A stretch of DNA of 64,000 bases from Oscillospiraceae bacterium (lineage in GTDB: Bacteria > Bacillota > Clostridia > Oscillospirales > Oscillospiraceae), in contig JAFSZH010000041.1 in the NCBI GenBank assembly GCA_017455685.1, positions 98,545-162,544 on the forward strand. The letters are read 5' to 3'. This document shows positions 27,567-38,986 of this stretch, one piece after another. Under the pieces are notes generated by a model. It saw nothing but the letters and a program-made list of their open reading frames with translations, was not told the origin of the DNA and did not search any database. A program made the translations under genes and the position numbers. How positions within the stretch are numbered: the first letter of the stretch is position 1; the number at the start of each line of letters is the position of its first letter.

Positions 27567-28256
27567 ATGTCTCTCTTTGCCATCGGCGATCTGCACCTGG
27601 CTCTGGGTGCGCCGGAAAAGAATATGGAAGTGTTCTCCGGCCGCTGGACGGGCTACGTGGACAAGATCCGCCGGGGCTTCGATCTGGTGGGGGCGGAGGA
27701 CACCTGCGTGATCTGCGGGGACTTTTGCTGGGCCATGGATCTGGAGGCCGCTCTGCCGGATTTCGCGTTTCTCAACGAGCTGCCCGGAAAGAAGATCCTC
27801 TTGAAGGGCAACCATGATTACTGGTGGAACACCGCCGCCAAAATGAATGCTTTTTTCCGGCGGAACGGTTTGGATACGCTCTCTTTGCTCCATAATAACT
27901 GTGTCCCCTTTGAGGACGCCGCAGTCTGCGGGACCCGGGGCTGGTTTTACGAGGAGGAGACCGGCGCCGCCCACGACGCCAAGATCCTGCGCCGGGAGGC
28001 GGGGAGGCTGGAGACCTCCCTCCGATGCGCCGGTGACCGGGAGAAGATCGTCTTTCTCCATTACCCGCCGATCTACCAGCATTACCGCTGCGGAGAGATC
28101 ATGGAACTGCTTGTCAGATACGGCGTCCGGGAGTGCTATTACGGCCATATCCACGGCAACGGCAGCCGTTCCGCCTTTCAGGGCGAGGAAAACGGCGTGC
28201 ATTATCGGCTGCTGAGCGCCGACTATCTTGATTTTTACCCGTTAAAGATCCGCTGA
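27567..28256 (+). CDS. metallophosphoesterase family protein
   Basis: Motifs GDLHL, CGDF, GNHDYWW and GHIHG. Confidence 0.8.
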   Translation: MSLFAIGDLHLALGAPEKNMEVFSGRWTGYVDKIRRGFDLVGAEDTCVICGDFCWAMDLEAALPDFAFLNELPGKKILLKGNHDYWWNTAAKMNAFFRRNGLDTLSLLHNNCVPFEDAAVCGTRGWFYEEETGAAHDAKILRREAGRLETSLRCAGDREKIVFLHYPPIYQHYRCGEIMELLVRYGVRECYYGHIHGNGSRSAFQGEENGVHYRLLSADYLDFYPLKIR

Positions 28257-28259
28257 CGA

Positions 28260-28288
28260 TTGCATTTTCCGTCACGGTCTGTTATAAT
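28260..28288 (+). promoter_or_regulatory. tig promoter
   Basis: TTGCAT (28260-65), 17 nt, TATAAT (28283-88). Confidence 0.65.
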
Positions 28289-28364
28289 ACTTCGGCCTGC
28301 CCGTATCAGGGCGATACATACGTACATTCAGTTTTCGCTGAAATATAGAGAGGAGAAACCACAC

Positions 28365-29663
28365 ATGATTGTCAAGAACAGCAGCAAGGAAAAGAATACC
28401 GTCACCTTCGCGGTGGAGCTGGATCCCGCCGAATTTGAAAAGCAGGTCAACGCCGCATATCTGAAGAACAAGAACCGCATCCAGGTCCCCGGCTTCCGGA
28501 AGGGCAAGGCCTCCCGGATGGTCATCGAAGGCTTCTATGGCAAGGATGTGTTTTATGATGAGGCCGCCGAGAACGCCGCCAACGACGCTTTCGCCTTCGG
28601 CGTGGAGCAGGAGAAGTTGCGTCCCGTGGGCCGTCCCAGCCTGTCCGATATCAGCATCACCGAGGAAAAGGGCGCTGTGCTGACCTTCTCCACCGACGTC
28701 TGGCCCGAGGCCGCGCTGGGCCAGTACAAGGGCCTGGAAGCCGAAAAGGAGAGCGTGGAGGTCACCGACGAGGAGATCGACCGGGAAGTGGAGAAGCTGC
28801 GCAAGCAGAACGCCCGCATGGTCACCGTGGACCGTCCCGCCGAGAACGGCGATACCGTGAACATCGACTACGCCGGGACCAAAGACGGCGTCCCCTTTGA
28901 CGGCGGCGCCGCCGAGGGCCACGATCTGGTCCTGGGCTCCAACAGCTTCATCCCCGGCTTTGAGGAGAAGCTGATGGGCGTCTCCGCCGGTGAAGAGCGG
29001 GATCTGGAGCTGACCTTCCCCGAGGAGTATCACGCCAAGGACCTGGCCGGACAGGCCGTGGTCTTCCACGTGAAGTGCAACAGCGTCAAGCTGGAGGAGC
29101 TCCCCGAGGTGGACGATGAATTCGCCAAGGACAACGATTTCGACACCGTCGACGAGATGCGCGCCGACATCAGCAAGCGGCTGATGGACGGCAAGACCAC
29201 CAACGCCAATAACGCTTTCACCGACCGGCTGGTGAACGCCGCCGTCGCCAACATGACCTGCGATATCCCCGAGGGCATGATCCAGGACAACATGGACAGC
29301 ATGGTCAACGAATACGCCCGCTATATCACCGGGCAGGGCATCCCCTTTGAGCAGTATCTCAAGATGATCGGCGCTACGCCCGAATCCTTCCGGGAGACCA
29401 CCCGCCCCGCCGCTGAGGCCCAGACCAAGACCGAGATCCTTCTGGACGCCGTGGCGAAGGCCGAGGGCATCGAGATCTCCGAGGCCGATCTGGAGGAAGA
29501 ATACGGCAAGCTGGCCGAGAACTATAAGATGGAGGCCGAGGAGGTCAAGAAGTACGTTGACGCCGAGGCTCTGAAGGCCGACCTTCTGCGCCGCCGGGCC
29601 ACTGCAGTTATCACCGATTCAGGCGTTGCCGTGGCTCCCAAGGAGCCCGCCGCCGAGGCGTGA
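28365..29663 (+). CDS. tig: trigger factor
   Basis: VPGFRKGKA motif, FKBP-type middle domain. Start at ATG 28365 after GAGAGGAGAAA; the ORF-track 28260 extension is rejected. Confidence 0.93.
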   Translation: MIVKNSSKEKNTVTFAVELDPAEFEKQVNAAYLKNKNRIQVPGFRKGKASRMVIEGFYGKDVFYDEAAENAANDAFAFGVEQEKLRPVGRPSLSDISITEEKGAVLTFSTDVWPEAALGQYKGLEAEKESVEVTDEEIDREVEKLRKQNARMVTVDRPAENGDTVNIDYAGTKDGVPFDGGAAEGHDLVLGSNSFIPGFEEKLMGVSAGEERDLELTFPEEYHAKDLAGQAVVFHVKCNSVKLEELPEVDDEFAKDNDFDTVDEMRADISKRLMDGKTTNANNAFTDRLVNAAVANMTCDIPEGMIQDNMDSMVNEYARYITGQGIPFEQYLKMIGATPESFRETTRPAAEAQTKTEILLDAVAKAEGIEISEADLEEEYGKLAENYKMEAEEVKKYVDAEALKADLLRRRATAVITDSGVAVAPKEPAAEA

Positions 29664-29689
29664 GACGAAACGTTTTTTGCACCGCGTCT

Positions 29690-29727
29690 GGGGGGAGGGG
29701 CGATCTTTCCCCCCATAGGTTTTATTT
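29690..29727 (+). terminator. probable terminator after tig
   Basis: GGGGGGA..TCCCCCC hairpin followed by ATAGGTTTTATTT. Confidence 0.5.
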
Positions 29728-29757
29728 ATTGATCCCATGTACAGGAGGTACGATCAT

Positions 29758-30339
29758 ATGAGTTTGGTTCCTTACGTTGTGGAACAGACGTCCCGGGGCG
29801 AGCGCTCTTACGACATCTTTTCCCGTCTGCTGAACGACCGGATCATCATGCTCTCCGAGGAAGTGAACGATACCACCGCCTCGCTGGTGGTGGCGCAGCT
29901 GCTCTTTCTGGAAGCCCAGGACCCGGACAAGGACATTCAGTTTTATATCAATTCCCCCGGCGGAAGCGTCACGGCCGGAATGGCGATCTACGACACCATG
30001 CAGTATATCAAGTGCGACGTTTCCACCATCTGCGTGGGCATGGCGGCTTCCATGGGCGCGTTCCTGCTGGCGGCCGGCGCCAAGGGCAAGCGTATCGCCC
30101 TTCCCAATGCGGAGATCATGATCCATCAGCCCTCCGGCGGCAGCCGCGGGCAGGCCAGTGACATCAAGATCCAGGCTGAGCAGATCCTGCGCGTCCGGGA
30201 TAACCTCAACCGCATCCTTGCCGAGAACACCGGCAGGACGCTGGAGCAGATCGCCCTCGACACCGAGCGGGACCACTTCCTTTCCGCCGAGGAGGCAAAG
30301 GAATACGGCCTGATCGACCAGGTGCTTTACAAGAGATAA
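29758..30339 (+). CDS. clpP: ATP-dependent Clp protease proteolytic subunit
   Basis: Motifs [19 protein letters not shown] (Ser nucleophile) and IMIHQP. AGGAGG RBS. Confidence 0.95.
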   Translation: MSLVPYVVEQTSRGERSYDIFSRLLNDRIIMLSEEVNDTTASLVVAQLLFLEAQDPDKDIQFYINSPGGSVTAGMAIYDTMQYIKCDVSTICVGMAASMGAFLLAAGAKGKRIALPNAEIMIHQPSGGSRGQASDIKIQAEQILRVRDNLNRILAENTGRTLEQIALDTERDHFLSAEEAKEYGLIDQVLYKR

Positions 30340-30352
30340 GCAAGGGATCAAA

Positions 30353-31615
30353 ATGGCAAGAACAGACGATAAAAAGATCCGCTGCTCCTTCTGCGGCCGT
30401 CCCCAGGATCAGGTGGACAAGCTGATCGCGGGCAACGGAGCGTATATCTGCAGCGAATGCGTACGGCTTTGCCGGGACATTATAGGGGAAGACGAGCTCG
30501 TCCCCCGGCATGAAGAATCTGCCGTGCCGGAGTTCGACAATATCCCTCGGCCCGCAGAGATCAAGGCCTATCTGGACGAGTATATCATCGGCCAGGAGAA
30601 GGCCAAGATCGCCCTGTCCGTGGCGGTCTACAATCACTATAAGCGCATTCTCTACGGTCGCCGCAACGATGTGGAGCTGCAGAAGTCCAATATCCTGCTT
30701 ATCGGGCCCACCGGCTGCGGAAAGACTCTCTTCGCCCAGACCCTGGCCAAGATCCTGGAGGTGCCCTTCGCCATCGCCGACGCCACCACCCTTACGGAGG
30801 CAGGTTACGTGGGCGAGGACGTGGAGAACATCCTGCTCCGGCTGCTGCAGGCGGCGGATTTTGACGTGGAACGGGCCCAGCGAGGCATCATCTATATCGA
30901 CGAGATCGACAAGATCGCCCGGAAGAGCGAAAACCCGTCCATCACCCGGGACGTGTCCGGCGAGGGCGTGCAGCAGGCGCTGCTGAAGATTCTGGAGGGG
31001 ACCGTCGCCGCCGTGCCGCCCCAGGGCGGTCGCAAGCATCCCCAGCAGGAGTTCATCCGCATCGACACTTCCAACATCCTCTTCATCTGCGGCGGCGCCT
31101 TCGACGGTCTGGAAAAGATCATCGAAAACCGCATGGACAGGAAGAGCCTGGGCTTCGGCGCGGAGATCGTCAGCAAAAAAGAGAAAAACGTGGGCGAGAT
31201 CATGGCCAACGTCCAGCAGCACGACATCCTCAAGTTCGGGATCATCCCCGAGCTGGTGGGCCGTCTGCCAGTGCTGACGCCGCTGAATTCTCTGGACCGT
31301 GCCGCTCTGGTGCGTATCCTAACCGAGCCAAAGAACGCCATCACCAAGCAGTACGCGGCTCTGCTGGAGCTGGATCACGCCGAACTGGTATTTGAGCCCG
31401 ATGCGCTGGAAGCCATCGCCGACAAGGCGGTGGAAATGGATATCGGCGCACGGGGCCTTCGCTCCATCATGGAGGGGATCATGCTCAACGTCATGTATCA
31501 GGTCCCCTCGGACAAAAGCATCCGGAAGGTCGTCATTACGGCTGACAACGTAAAAAACGGTACCGATCCGGTGATCATCCGGGCAGAGGAAGCGGAGCCG
31601 GCCCAGGCCGTCTGA
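30353..31615 (+). CDS. clpX: ATP-dependent Clp protease ATP-binding subunit ClpX
   Basis: Zn finger CSFCG..C..C, Walker A GPTGCGKT, and IYIDEIDK. Confidence 0.95.
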   Translation: MARTDDKKIRCSFCGRPQDQVDKLIAGNGAYICSECVRLCRDIIGEDELVPRHEESAVPEFDNIPRPAEIKAYLDEYIIGQEKAKIALSVAVYNHYKRILYGRRNDVELQKSNILLIGPTGCGKTLFAQTLAKILEVPFAIADATTLTEAGYVGEDVENILLRLLQAADFDVERAQRGIIYIDEIDKIARKSENPSITRDVSGEGVQQALLKILEGTVAAVPPQGGRKHPQQEFIRIDTSNILFICGGAFDGLEKIIENRMDRKSLGFGAEIVSKKEKNVGEIMANVQQHDILKFGIIPELVGRLPVLTPLNSLDRAALVRILTEPKNAITKQYAALLELDHAELVFEPDALEAIADKAVEMDIGARGLRSIMEGIMLNVMYQVPSDKSIRKVVITADNVKNGTDPVIIRAEEAEPAQAV

Positions 31616-31697
31616 CCGCCGAAAAAAGCTGTCCGGTCAACCCATCGCGCAGGCAGACAGCGGGGAACTCCCCGCTGGTTTGCTATGGAGGTATGCT

Positions 31698-34109
31698 ATG
31701 GCAGAAACAAAAAGCAGGATCATGACTCTTCCCACCCTGGCGCTTCGGGGCGTTTCCGTGTTCCCGGCCACTACGCTGCACTTTGACGTGGAGCGGCCTA
31801 TGAGCATCGCCGCGCTGAACGCCGCCATTGGCACGGACCGCATGATCTTTCTGGTAGCCCAGCGGGACGTGGGCTGCGACGCCCCCCGCCGGAAGGACCT
31901 TTACGATATCGGCACCATCTGCCGGGTGAGCCAGATCCTCCGGACGCCCGGCGGCAACGTCAAGTGCATCGTGGACGGGCTTTACCGGGCGCGGCTGCTC
32001 CGTCTGACGGCGGAGACGCCCTGCCTGTGGGCAAACGCCCAGGTGCTTGCCGACGAACCGGTGAACGTTTCCTCGGTGGAGTGCGCCGCCGTGGTGCGCT
32101 CCTGCGCCGAGCTCTTTGAGGAATATGCGTCCGCCTCCGGCAACGTCACGCCGGAGACCCTTCTCAAGGCCGTGAACCGGGACGACCCCGGCTTCGTGTC
32201 GGATTTCGTGGCGCAGAACGTGTATCTTCAGCCCGGCGACAAGCAGCTGCTGCTGGAGGATCTCAATCCTCTCCGGCGGCTTTCCGCCCTCAACACGATG
32301 ATCCGCCGGGAGCTGGAGATCATGGATATCCAGCAGGACCTGCAGTCCAGCACCGCCGAGCATATGGCCCAAAGCCAGAAGGAGTTTTACCTCCGGGAAC
32401 AGATGAAGGTCATCCAGGAGGAGCTGGGCGAAGGCGGCGAGGGCGACGAGATCGAGGAATACCGGGAAAAGATCCTCGCGCTTGGCCTGGAAGAAGAGGT
32501 GGAGAAAAAGCTCCTCAAGGAGCTCAACCATCTGGCCAAGCAGCCCTTCGGTTCCGCCGAGAGCAGCGTGCTGCGCTCTTATCTTGACGTGTGCCTTGAG
32601 CTGCCCTGGAACGTGCGCACCGAGGACGTAACGGATATCGCCCGGGCAAAAAAGATCCTGGACGAGGATCACTACGGTCTGACAAAAGTGAAAGACCGCA
32701 TTCTGGAATACCTTGCCGTGCGGCAGCTCTCCAGCCAGGTCAAGGGCGGCGTGCTCTGCCTGGTGGGACCTCCGGGCGTGGGCAAGACGAGCATCGCCAT
32801 GAGCATCGCCCGTGCCACCAACCGGAAGCTGGCGCGGATCTCTCTGGGCGGCGTCCATGACGAGGCCGAGATCCGTGGCCACCGGAAGACCTACGTGGGC
32901 GCCATGCCCGGCCGGATCATCGCGGGCATCCAGCAGGCCGGTTCCCGGAATCCCGTGCTGGTGATGGACGAGATCGACAAGCTGGGTTCCGACTACCGGG
33001 GCGACCCCTCCGCGGCGCTGCTGGAGGCCTTTGACGCCGAGCAGAACGGCACGTTTCGGGATCATTTTCTGGAGATCCCCTTCGACCTTTCCGAGACCCT
33101 GTTCATCACCACCGCCAACACCGCCGACACCATCCCCCGGCCTCTGCTGGACAGGATGGAGGTCATCACCCTCGGCAGCTACACCGACGAAGAAAAGCTG
33201 CAGATCGCCAAGCGGCACCTGCTGCCCAAGCAGAGAGCCAAGCACGGTCTGAACGGCAATCAGCTTCGTGTGACCGACGACGCCATTCGGGAGATCATCG
33301 CGGGATACACCCGGGAGTCCGGCGTCCGGCTGCTGGAGCGGGAGCTGGCCTCCTTGTGCCGCAAGACCGCCCGGGCCGTGGCTGCTGGGGAGAGAAAGTC
33401 TCTCCGGCTCCGCGCCGGCGAGGTGGGCGCCTGGCTGGGTCCGGTGCGCTACAAGCAGGAAAACCTGTTCCGCGTCAATACGGTGGGCCTTGTCCACGGT
33501 CTTGCCTGGACCTCCGTGGGCGGCGAGGTGCTTGACGTGGAGTGCAGCGCCGTGCCCGGCTCCGGACGGCTGGAGCTCACCGGCAATCTGGGCGAGGTAA
33601 TGAAAGAATCCTGCCACGCGGCGGTGAGCTATATCCGCTCCCGGACAGCCAGCCTGGGCATCGACCCGGAGTTTTATAAGAACACGGACATCCATCTGCA
33701 CTTTCCCGAGGGCGCTGTTCCCAAGGACGGCCCCAGCGCCGGCGCAGCCATCTGCCTGTGCGTGGTTTCCGCGCTGACCAACCGCCCCGTGCGCTGCGAC
33801 GTGGCCATGACCGGCGAGATCACCTTGCGGGGCCGGGTGCTGCCTATCGGCGGTATTCAGGAGAAGAGCATGGGCGCTCTGCGCAGCGGCATCCACGAGA
33901 TCCTGCTGCCCGAGGGCAACGTGTCCGACCTGGAAGAGGTGGATGAGAACGTACGCAACGCAGTGACGTACCGCGCCGTTTCCCATATGGACCAGGTGCT
34001 GGAGATCGCGCTGTGCCCTCTGCCGGAGAACGCGGAATACTCCGGGGAAGAGATCAGCATGGTGATGCCCGAGCAGCGGGGCAGGGAAGGCACCCGGGTG
34101 GGCGTATGA
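31698..34109 (+). CDS. lon: Lon protease
   Basis: Motifs GPPGVGKTS and DGPSAG (catalytic Ser), plus the LON N-domain. GGAGG before ATG 31698. Confidence 0.95.
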   Translation: MAETKSRIMTLPTLALRGVSVFPATTLHFDVERPMSIAALNAAIGTDRMIFLVAQRDVGCDAPRRKDLYDIGTICRVSQILRTPGGNVKCIVDGLYRARLLRLTAETPCLWANAQVLADEPVNVSSVECAAVVRSCAELFEEYASASGNVTPETLLKAVNRDDPGFVSDFVAQNVYLQPGDKQLLLEDLNPLRRLSALNTMIRRELEIMDIQQDLQSSTAEHMAQSQKEFYLREQMKVIQEELGEGGEGDEIEEYREKILALGLEEEVEKKLLKELNHLAKQPFGSAESSVLRSYLDVCLELPWNVRTEDVTDIARAKKILDEDHYGLTKVKDRILEYLAVRQLSSQVKGGVLCLVGPPGVGKTSIAMSIARATNRKLARISLGGVHDEAEIRGHRKTYVGAMPGRIIAGIQQAGSRNPVLVMDEIDKLGSDYRGDPSAALLEAFDAEQNGTFRDHFLEIPFDLSETLFITTANTADTIPRPLLDRMEVITLGSYTDEEKLQIAKRHLLPKQRAKHGLNGNQLRVTDDAIREIIAGYTRESGVRLLERELASLCRKTARAVAAGERKSLRLRAGEVGAWLGPVRYKQENLFRVNTVGLVHGLAWTSVGGEVLDVECSAVPGSGRLELTGNLGEVMKESCHAAVSYIRSRTASLGIDPEFYKNTDIHLHFPEGAVPKDGPSAGAAICLCVVSALTNRPVRCDVAMTGEITLRGRVLPIGGIQEKSMGALRSGIHEILLPEGNVSDLEEVDENVRNAVTYRAVSHMDQVLEIALCPLPENAEYSGEEISMVMPEQRGREGTRVGV

Positions 34110-34684
34110 ACACACAGAAGGTGAGCTTTGTCCGCAGCGCTGCCTCCAAAAAAGACTTTCTGCGGGACGGACGGAAAAGCGTGGTTTTCGCCGGCCGCTC
34201 CAACGTGGGAAAATCCTCGGTGATCAACTGCCTGCTGCAGCGAAAAAACTTCGCCCGCGTAGGCGCCACCCCCGGCAAGACCGTGCAGGTGAACTACTTC
34301 CTGGTGGACGGCGCATATTTCGTGGACCTGCCCGGTTACGGCTATGCCCGGGTCTCCGGGGATGAGCGCCGCCGCTGGGGCGAGCTGATGGAGGATTTCT
34401 TCGCCGAGCCGGAGAGGATCACCCTGGGCGTGCTGATCGTGGACCTGCGCCACGACCCCACCGCCGACGACGTGACCATGGCCGAGTATTTCAAGTCCTC
34501 CGGAAGGCCCTACGCAGTGGTCGCCAACAAGCTGGACAAGCTGAAGAAGAGCGAGATCGAGCCGAATCTGCAGCGGGTCCGGCAGGTGCTGGATCTGGAG
34601 GACGGCGTGGCTGTCATCCCCATGTCCAGCATCAAGGGCACGGGGAGGGGCGAATTGCTTTCCCTGATAGAAAGAATGGTATAA
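34106..34684 (+). CDS. engB: ribosome biogenesis GTP-binding protein YsxC/EngB
   Basis: Motifs GRSNVGKSS, DLPGYGYA and NKLDK. ATGA overlap with the lon stop; the upstream ORF extension is rejected. Confidence 0.9.
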   Translation: MNTQKVSFVRSAASKKDFLRDGRKSVVFAGRSNVGKSSVINCLLQRKNFARVGATPGKTVQVNYFLVDGAYFVDLPGYGYARVSGDERRRWGELMEDFFAEPERITLGVLIVDLRHDPTADDVTMAEYFKSSGRPYAVVANKLDKLKKSEIEPNLQRVRQVLDLEDGVAVIPMSSIKGTGRGELLSLIERMV

Positions 34685-34729
34685 ACAGTTGTTTTTCCCT
34701 GTCGGATTTGCTAAAATCGGGTTGAAGAT

Positions 34730-35425
34730 ATGAATGCGATAGCCGATATCTGGAATCATCTTGACTGGTCGGTGCTGACCGATATGCTTTTGAGCGTCAT
34801 ACCGGCCTTACTCTGCATTACTCTGCACGAGCTGGGTCACGGTCTGGCGGCATGGCTGCTGGGCGACCCCACGGCAAAAGACGCGGGGCGGCTGACGCTC
34901 AACCCCATCAAGCACATCGACCCGCTTGGTACGCTGATGCTGGTGGTGTTCCATTTCGGTTACGCCAAACCAGTCCCGGTGAACATGTATAACTTCAAAA
35001 ATCCCCGGCGGGGTATGGCTGTCACAGCGCTGGCGGGACCGGTCATGAATCTGCTGATCGCCGTCGTCTTTCTCTTCCTGTACGGCGTATGCATGATCCC
35101 GCTCTACTATCGTGAGGCGTGGGGGCAGACCGGGTTTTATTTGATGGAGATGCTCTATCTCACGGCGTATATCAGCATCGGCATGGGGATCTTCAATCTT
35201 CTGCCCATCCCGCCGCTGGACGGCAGCAAGGTGCTCTATTCCGTGATCTCCGAGGAGGCCTACTACAAGCTCATGCGGTATGAACGATACGGCATGATCG
35301 CTCTGCTGGTGCTGGCTTACACCGGCGTTCTGGGCGCTCCGCTCTCCGCGGCGGTGAGCTGGGTTTTCGGGAAGCTGATGGTGATAGCACAGTACGGCTT
35401 CAATCTTGTGAGAAAGCTTGTTTGA
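34730..35425 (+). CDS. site-2 protease family (M50, SpoIVFB-like) membrane protein
   Basis: HELGH in a TM segment and NLLPIPPLDGS. Confidence 0.8.
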   Translation: MNAIADIWNHLDWSVLTDMLLSVIPALLCITLHELGHGLAAWLLGDPTAKDAGRLTLNPIKHIDPLGTLMLVVFHFGYAKPVPVNMYNFKNPRRGMAVTALAGPVMNLLIAVVFLFLYGVCMIPLYYREAWGQTGFYLMEMLYLTAYISIGMGIFNLLPIPPLDGSKVLYSVISEEAYYKLMRYERYGMIALLVLAYTGVLGAPLSAAVSWVFGKLMVIAQYGFNLVRKLV

Positions 35426-35428
35426 TCT

Positions 35429-36190
35429 ATGATACAGCAGCCAAGTTATCATCTGGAGGGCGTGATCCGCTCCCGGGACGAGCTGGAGGATTTCAGCGGC
35501 CCGCTGGATCTCATTTTGATGCTGCTCTCCAAGAATAAGATCGAAATACGGGATATACAGATCTCACTGCTTCTGGATCAGTATCTGGAGTACCTGCGCA
35601 TGATGCAGGAGATGGATCTGGAGATCGCCAGCGAGTTCGTGCAGATGGCCTCCCATCTCATGTATATCAAAACGAAAATGCTTCTCACGGAGGAGAAGGA
35701 GCCTACCGAGCTGGAGGTGCTGGTCTCCGCCCTGGAGCAGATGAAAAACCGGGAGACCATGGCCGCCGTCAAGGAGGTGGCGCCCCAGCTGGGACTGATG
35801 GCGGAAAACGGCGTCCGTTTTCAGACCCGCGGGCCTCTGCCCCTGCCGAACAGGCCATATGATTACTCGCATTCTCCCGAGGAAATGATCTCCGCGCTTG
35901 CGCAGATCCTGCTGCGCGGGACCGGCGAGAAGCCGCAGGAGGATGAGAATCTTCTCCGTGCCGCCCCCAAGCCCATCATTTACAGCGTCCACAAAAAGTC
36001 CGAACAGCTTCTCTCCATCCTGAAAGACCGTGGGCGTATCTCGCTCAAAGAGCTGTACGGCGTGTGCAGGAGCCGGAGCGAGCTTGTCGCCACGTTCCTC
36101 TCGGTGCTGGATCTTTGCTGGGGCGGAAGCATCAAGGTGACAGCCGATCAGGACGGCTATGATCTGATCAATAACGATACGGAAGCGTAA
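35429..36190 (+). CDS. scpA: segregation and condensation protein A
   Basis: F.GPLDLIL.L..K.KI...DI.I..L..QY pattern. Confidence 0.9.
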   Translation: MIQQPSYHLEGVIRSRDELEDFSGPLDLILMLLSKNKIEIRDIQISLLLDQYLEYLRMMQEMDLEIASEFVQMASHLMYIKTKMLLTEEKEPTELEVLVSALEQMKNRETMAAVKEVAPQLGLMAENGVRFQTRGPLPLPNRPYDYSHSPEEMISALAQILLRGTGEKPQEDENLLRAAPKPIIYSVHKKSEQLLSILKDRGRISLKELYGVCRSRSELVATFLSVLDLCWGGSIKVTADQDGYDLINNDTEA

Positions 36191-36195
36191 ACGAT

Positions 36196-36795
36196 ATGGA
36201 AATGAACGAGATCCGCTCGGCGGTGGAGGCGATCCTCTTCGCGGCGGGCGACAGCGTGGAGATCAACCGGATCGCCAAGGTGCTCGGCACGGAGCCCTGG
36301 GAGGTCCGCCAGGCCGGGGAAGAGCTGGCCAGGGAGTATGAAGGAAATGCCCGCGGCATTCGTCTGCTCCGCATCGAGGAGCGCTTCCAGCTGGTCAGCG
36401 CTCCCGAGTATAACGAGATCATCAACCGCGCGCTGGAAAAGCGCGCTCAGCCGCGGCTCTCTCCCACGGCGCTGGAGGTGCTTTCCATCGTGGCGTTTTA
36501 CCAGCCGGTGACGCGCTCCTACATAGAGCAGCTCCGCGGCGCGGACAGCTCTTATACCGTCGCGCTTTTGTCTGAGCGGGGACTGATCGCTCCCTGCGGA
36601 CGGCTGGAAGCGCCTGGAAGACCTGTGCTCTTCGGCACCACGGAGCAGTTTTTGCGCGTTATGGGCATCTCCTCTCTGGCGGAGCTGCCGCCGCTGCCCA
36701 ATATCGCCACCGGCGAGGGCATGGAAGAGCTGCAGGCCGCCATCGAAGCGGCCTCCGCCAAGGAAGAACAGCTGACGCTGACAGAAATGAACTGA
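36196..36795 (+). CDS. scpB: segregation and condensation protein B
   Basis: Motifs EAILFA.GD, RPRLS..ALE.L.I.AY.QP.TR, and GRP.L..TT..FL. Confidence 0.9.
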   Translation: MEMNEIRSAVEAILFAAGDSVEINRIAKVLGTEPWEVRQAGEELAREYEGNARGIRLLRIEERFQLVSAPEYNEIINRALEKRAQPRLSPTALEVLSIVAFYQPVTRSYIEQLRGADSSYTVALLSERGLIAPCGRLEAPGRPVLFGTTEQFLRVMGISSLAELPPLPNIATGEGMEELQAAIEAASAKEEQLTLTEMN

Positions 36796-36818
36796 TCGCT
36801 GCTTGGAAGGTGATGTGA

Positions 36819-37520
36819 TTGATCTTTCTCATCATACTGCTTGCGCTGATCCTGCTGATCTTTTTCATACCGTACGGCGTGGACGCGGGTTACGAAAACT
36901 CCCTGTTCACGTTCGCCGTCCAGGCGGGACCCGTATGCATACGGCTGTTTCCGCGTAAGCCGAAAACGGAGAAGCAGAAGGAGCGGGCCAGGCGCAGAAA
37001 AGAGAAAAAAGAGGCAAAGAAAAAAGCCAGAGAGGAATCGGCGGCCCAGGAGGTCAAGACCGACCAGGGCAAAGATGAGACCATCAAGGTCAAGGCAAAA
37101 AAGCCCCTGGATTTTGATTTTATTCTTGCCCTGGTGGAGATGGGGGTCCACGCCGTCCGCCGGTTTTTCCGGAGCTTTTCGGTGGATTACTTCAAGCTGC
37201 ACTACACCGTGGCGGGCAGAGATCCGTATACCACGGCCATGCGGTACGGCAAACTCTGCACCGCGGCGGAGGGCATCCTGGCTCTTGCTGAGGAGAAGAT
37301 CACGCTGAAAAAGCGGGATATCTACATCGGCGCGGACTTTACACAGGAGAGCGGCGAATTCGCGTTTCATATCACGCTGACCATGCAGCTTTACAAGCTG
37401 GTGCATCTGGCATTTGCCTTCGGCGTGGAATTCATCCGTTATAAAATCAAATCCCGCAGAGACAAGACTGCGGCTGTTTCAGAAAGGAAGGAAGACAATG
37501 GAAGACAATCGGATCAATGA
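36819..37520 (+). CDS. DUF2953-like membrane protein (sporulation-associated neighbour of ytfJ)
   Basis: TTG start after GGAAGGTGA, N-terminal TM, Lys/Glu-rich linker. Family call is by recollection and by position before ytfJ. Confidence 0.6.
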   Translation: MIFLIILLALILLIFFIPYGVDAGYENSLFTFAVQAGPVCIRLFPRKPKTEKQKERARRRKEKKEAKKKAREESAAQEVKTDQGKDETIKVKAKKPLDFDFILALVEMGVHAVRRFFRSFSVDYFKLHYTVAGRDPYTTAMRYGKLCTAAEGILALAEEKITLKKRDIYIGADFTQESGEFAFHITLTMQLYKLVHLAFAFGVEFIRYKIKSRRDKTAAVSERKEDNGRQSDQ

Positions 37521-37860
37521 GCTCATGGATACCACCGTCAACAAGATCCGCCAGCTGACGGACACCAATACCATCATCGGCACGCCTATCAACACGCCGG
37601 ATGGGATCACTCTGATCCCCGTCTCCCGCGTCAGCTTCGGCTTCGCTACCGGCGGGGCCAGCGGCAGCCGCAGCGTCAACTTCACCGGCGCCAACGGCGG
37701 CGGCGTCAAGGTGGAGCCTATGGGCTTTTTCGTGATCAAGGATGGCACCTGCCGTATGGTCAGTGTGGCTCCTCCTCCGTCCAATACCATGGAGCGCATC
37801 GTGGAGATGGTCCCCGACATCCTTGACCGCATCGAGAACATGACGAAAAAAGAAGAGTGA
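37498..37860 (+). CDS. ytfJ: sporulation protein YtfJ (GerW family)
   Basis: Motif IIGTPINTPDGITLIPVSRVSFGFATGG. GGAAGGAAG before ATG 37498. Confidence 0.85.
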   Translation: MEDNRINELMDTTVNKIRQLTDTNTIIGTPINTPDGITLIPVSRVSFGFATGGASGSRSVNFTGANGGGVKVEPMGFFVIKDGTCRMVSVAPPPSNTMERIVEMVPDILDRIENMTKKEE

Positions 37861-37920
37861 TCTTCGAATAATCCCGCCGGGTCACCGGTCATAATAAGCA
37901 CCGCCCAGTATTTCACAGGG

Positions 37921-38973
37921 GTGGTGCTTATTTTGAAAAGAGTCCTTTCCTTATTCTTCGTTCTATCGTTCGTTTTTGCCGGAAGCATTCCCTGTACGGC
38001 GGCGGATCGGCCGCCCCGGGACAGCGCGAAGGCTATGATCCTCTATCAGCCGGATTCCGATACCGTTCTCATTTCCCACGATGAGGATCAGCCCATGCTC
38101 ATCGCCAGCACCACGAAGCTTATGACGGCGCTGCTGGCTGCCGAGAGCGGGGACGTCTCCCGCACGGTGAAGATCGATCCCGCCTGTACCGCCGTCGAGG
38201 GCTCCTCCATGTATCTGGTGGCCGGCGAGGAATACACCGTGAACGAGCTTCTGACCGGCCTTATGCTATCCTCCGGCAACGACGCGGCACTGGCTCTGGC
38301 AATTGCCGCGGCGGGCAGCGAGCGGGCGTTCGTGGAAAGAATGAACGAGCGCGCCGGAGAGCTTGGACTGAAGAATACCCACTTCGACAACCCGCACGGT
38401 CTTGACTCCGACGGACAGGTTTCCACCGCCCGGGACCTGGCGCTCCTGATGGCGGCGGCGGTGAAGGATCCAGCGGTCAGTGCCGTCATGGGGCTGAAGA
38501 CGGCGCGTATCCATTCGCTGAACTACGTGAACCACAATAAGCTCCTCTGGAGCTGCCAGGGCGTCTGCGCTGGAAAAACGGGGTATACCAAGGCGGCGGG
38601 CCGCTGTCTGGTGTCGCTGTGCCGCCGGGACGGTATGGAACTCATCTGCGTGACGCTGTCCGACAAGGACGACTGGGAGGACCACCGGGCGCTTTATGAC
38701 TGGGGATATGCAAATTTTGCCCTTTACCGGCTGAACGGTGAGACGGCTTCCGTCTCCGTGCCCGTGATCGGCCGGACCCTTTCGAAATTGACGGCAATAC
38801 CGGAACGGGAAAGGATTATCTGTTTGGATAAAAACGGGACCCTGCGCACGGAGACTTTCTCCGCGCCGTTCGTATTCGCCCCAGTCGGCTGCGGCGAGTG
38901 CGCGGGAGAGGTTTTCCTGTGGGCGGGAGATACGCTTCTGGCACGGGAAAAATTGGCATTTATAAAACCATGA
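37921..38973 (+). CDS. D-alanyl-D-alanine carboxypeptidase (S11)
   Basis: Signal/anchor, SxxK (ASTTKLMT), SGN and KTGYT motifs. The exact start (GTG 37921) is uncertain. Confidence 0.85.
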   Translation: MVLILKRVLSLFFVLSFVFAGSIPCTAADRPPRDSAKAMILYQPDSDTVLISHDEDQPMLIASTTKLMTALLAAESGDVSRTVKIDPACTAVEGSSMYLVAGEEYTVNELLTGLMLSSGNDAALALAIAAAGSERAFVERMNERAGELGLKNTHFDNPHGLDSDGQVSTARDLALLMAAAVKDPAVSAVMGLKTARIHSLNYVNHNKLLWSCQGVCAGKTGYTKAAGRCLVSLCRRDGMELICVTLSDKDDWEDHRALYDWGYANFALYRLNGETASVSVPVIGRTLSKLTAIPERERIICLDKNGTLRTETFSAPFVFAPVGCGECAGEVFLWAGDTLLAREKLAFIKP

Positions 38974-38986
38974 AGGAGGGAGCGGT

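Noticed and set aside
29664-29757. CtsR operator (tandem GGTCAAA-type repeat) or CIRCE element upstream of clpP and lon
   Set aside because: I looked for these heat-shock operators in the clpP, clpX and lon upstream regions and did not see them, so no claim is made.
31683-34115. 810-aa minus-strand ORF antisense to lon
   Set aside because: Same reasoning: a mirror frame of a strongly supported gene with a compositionally biased, motif-free translation.
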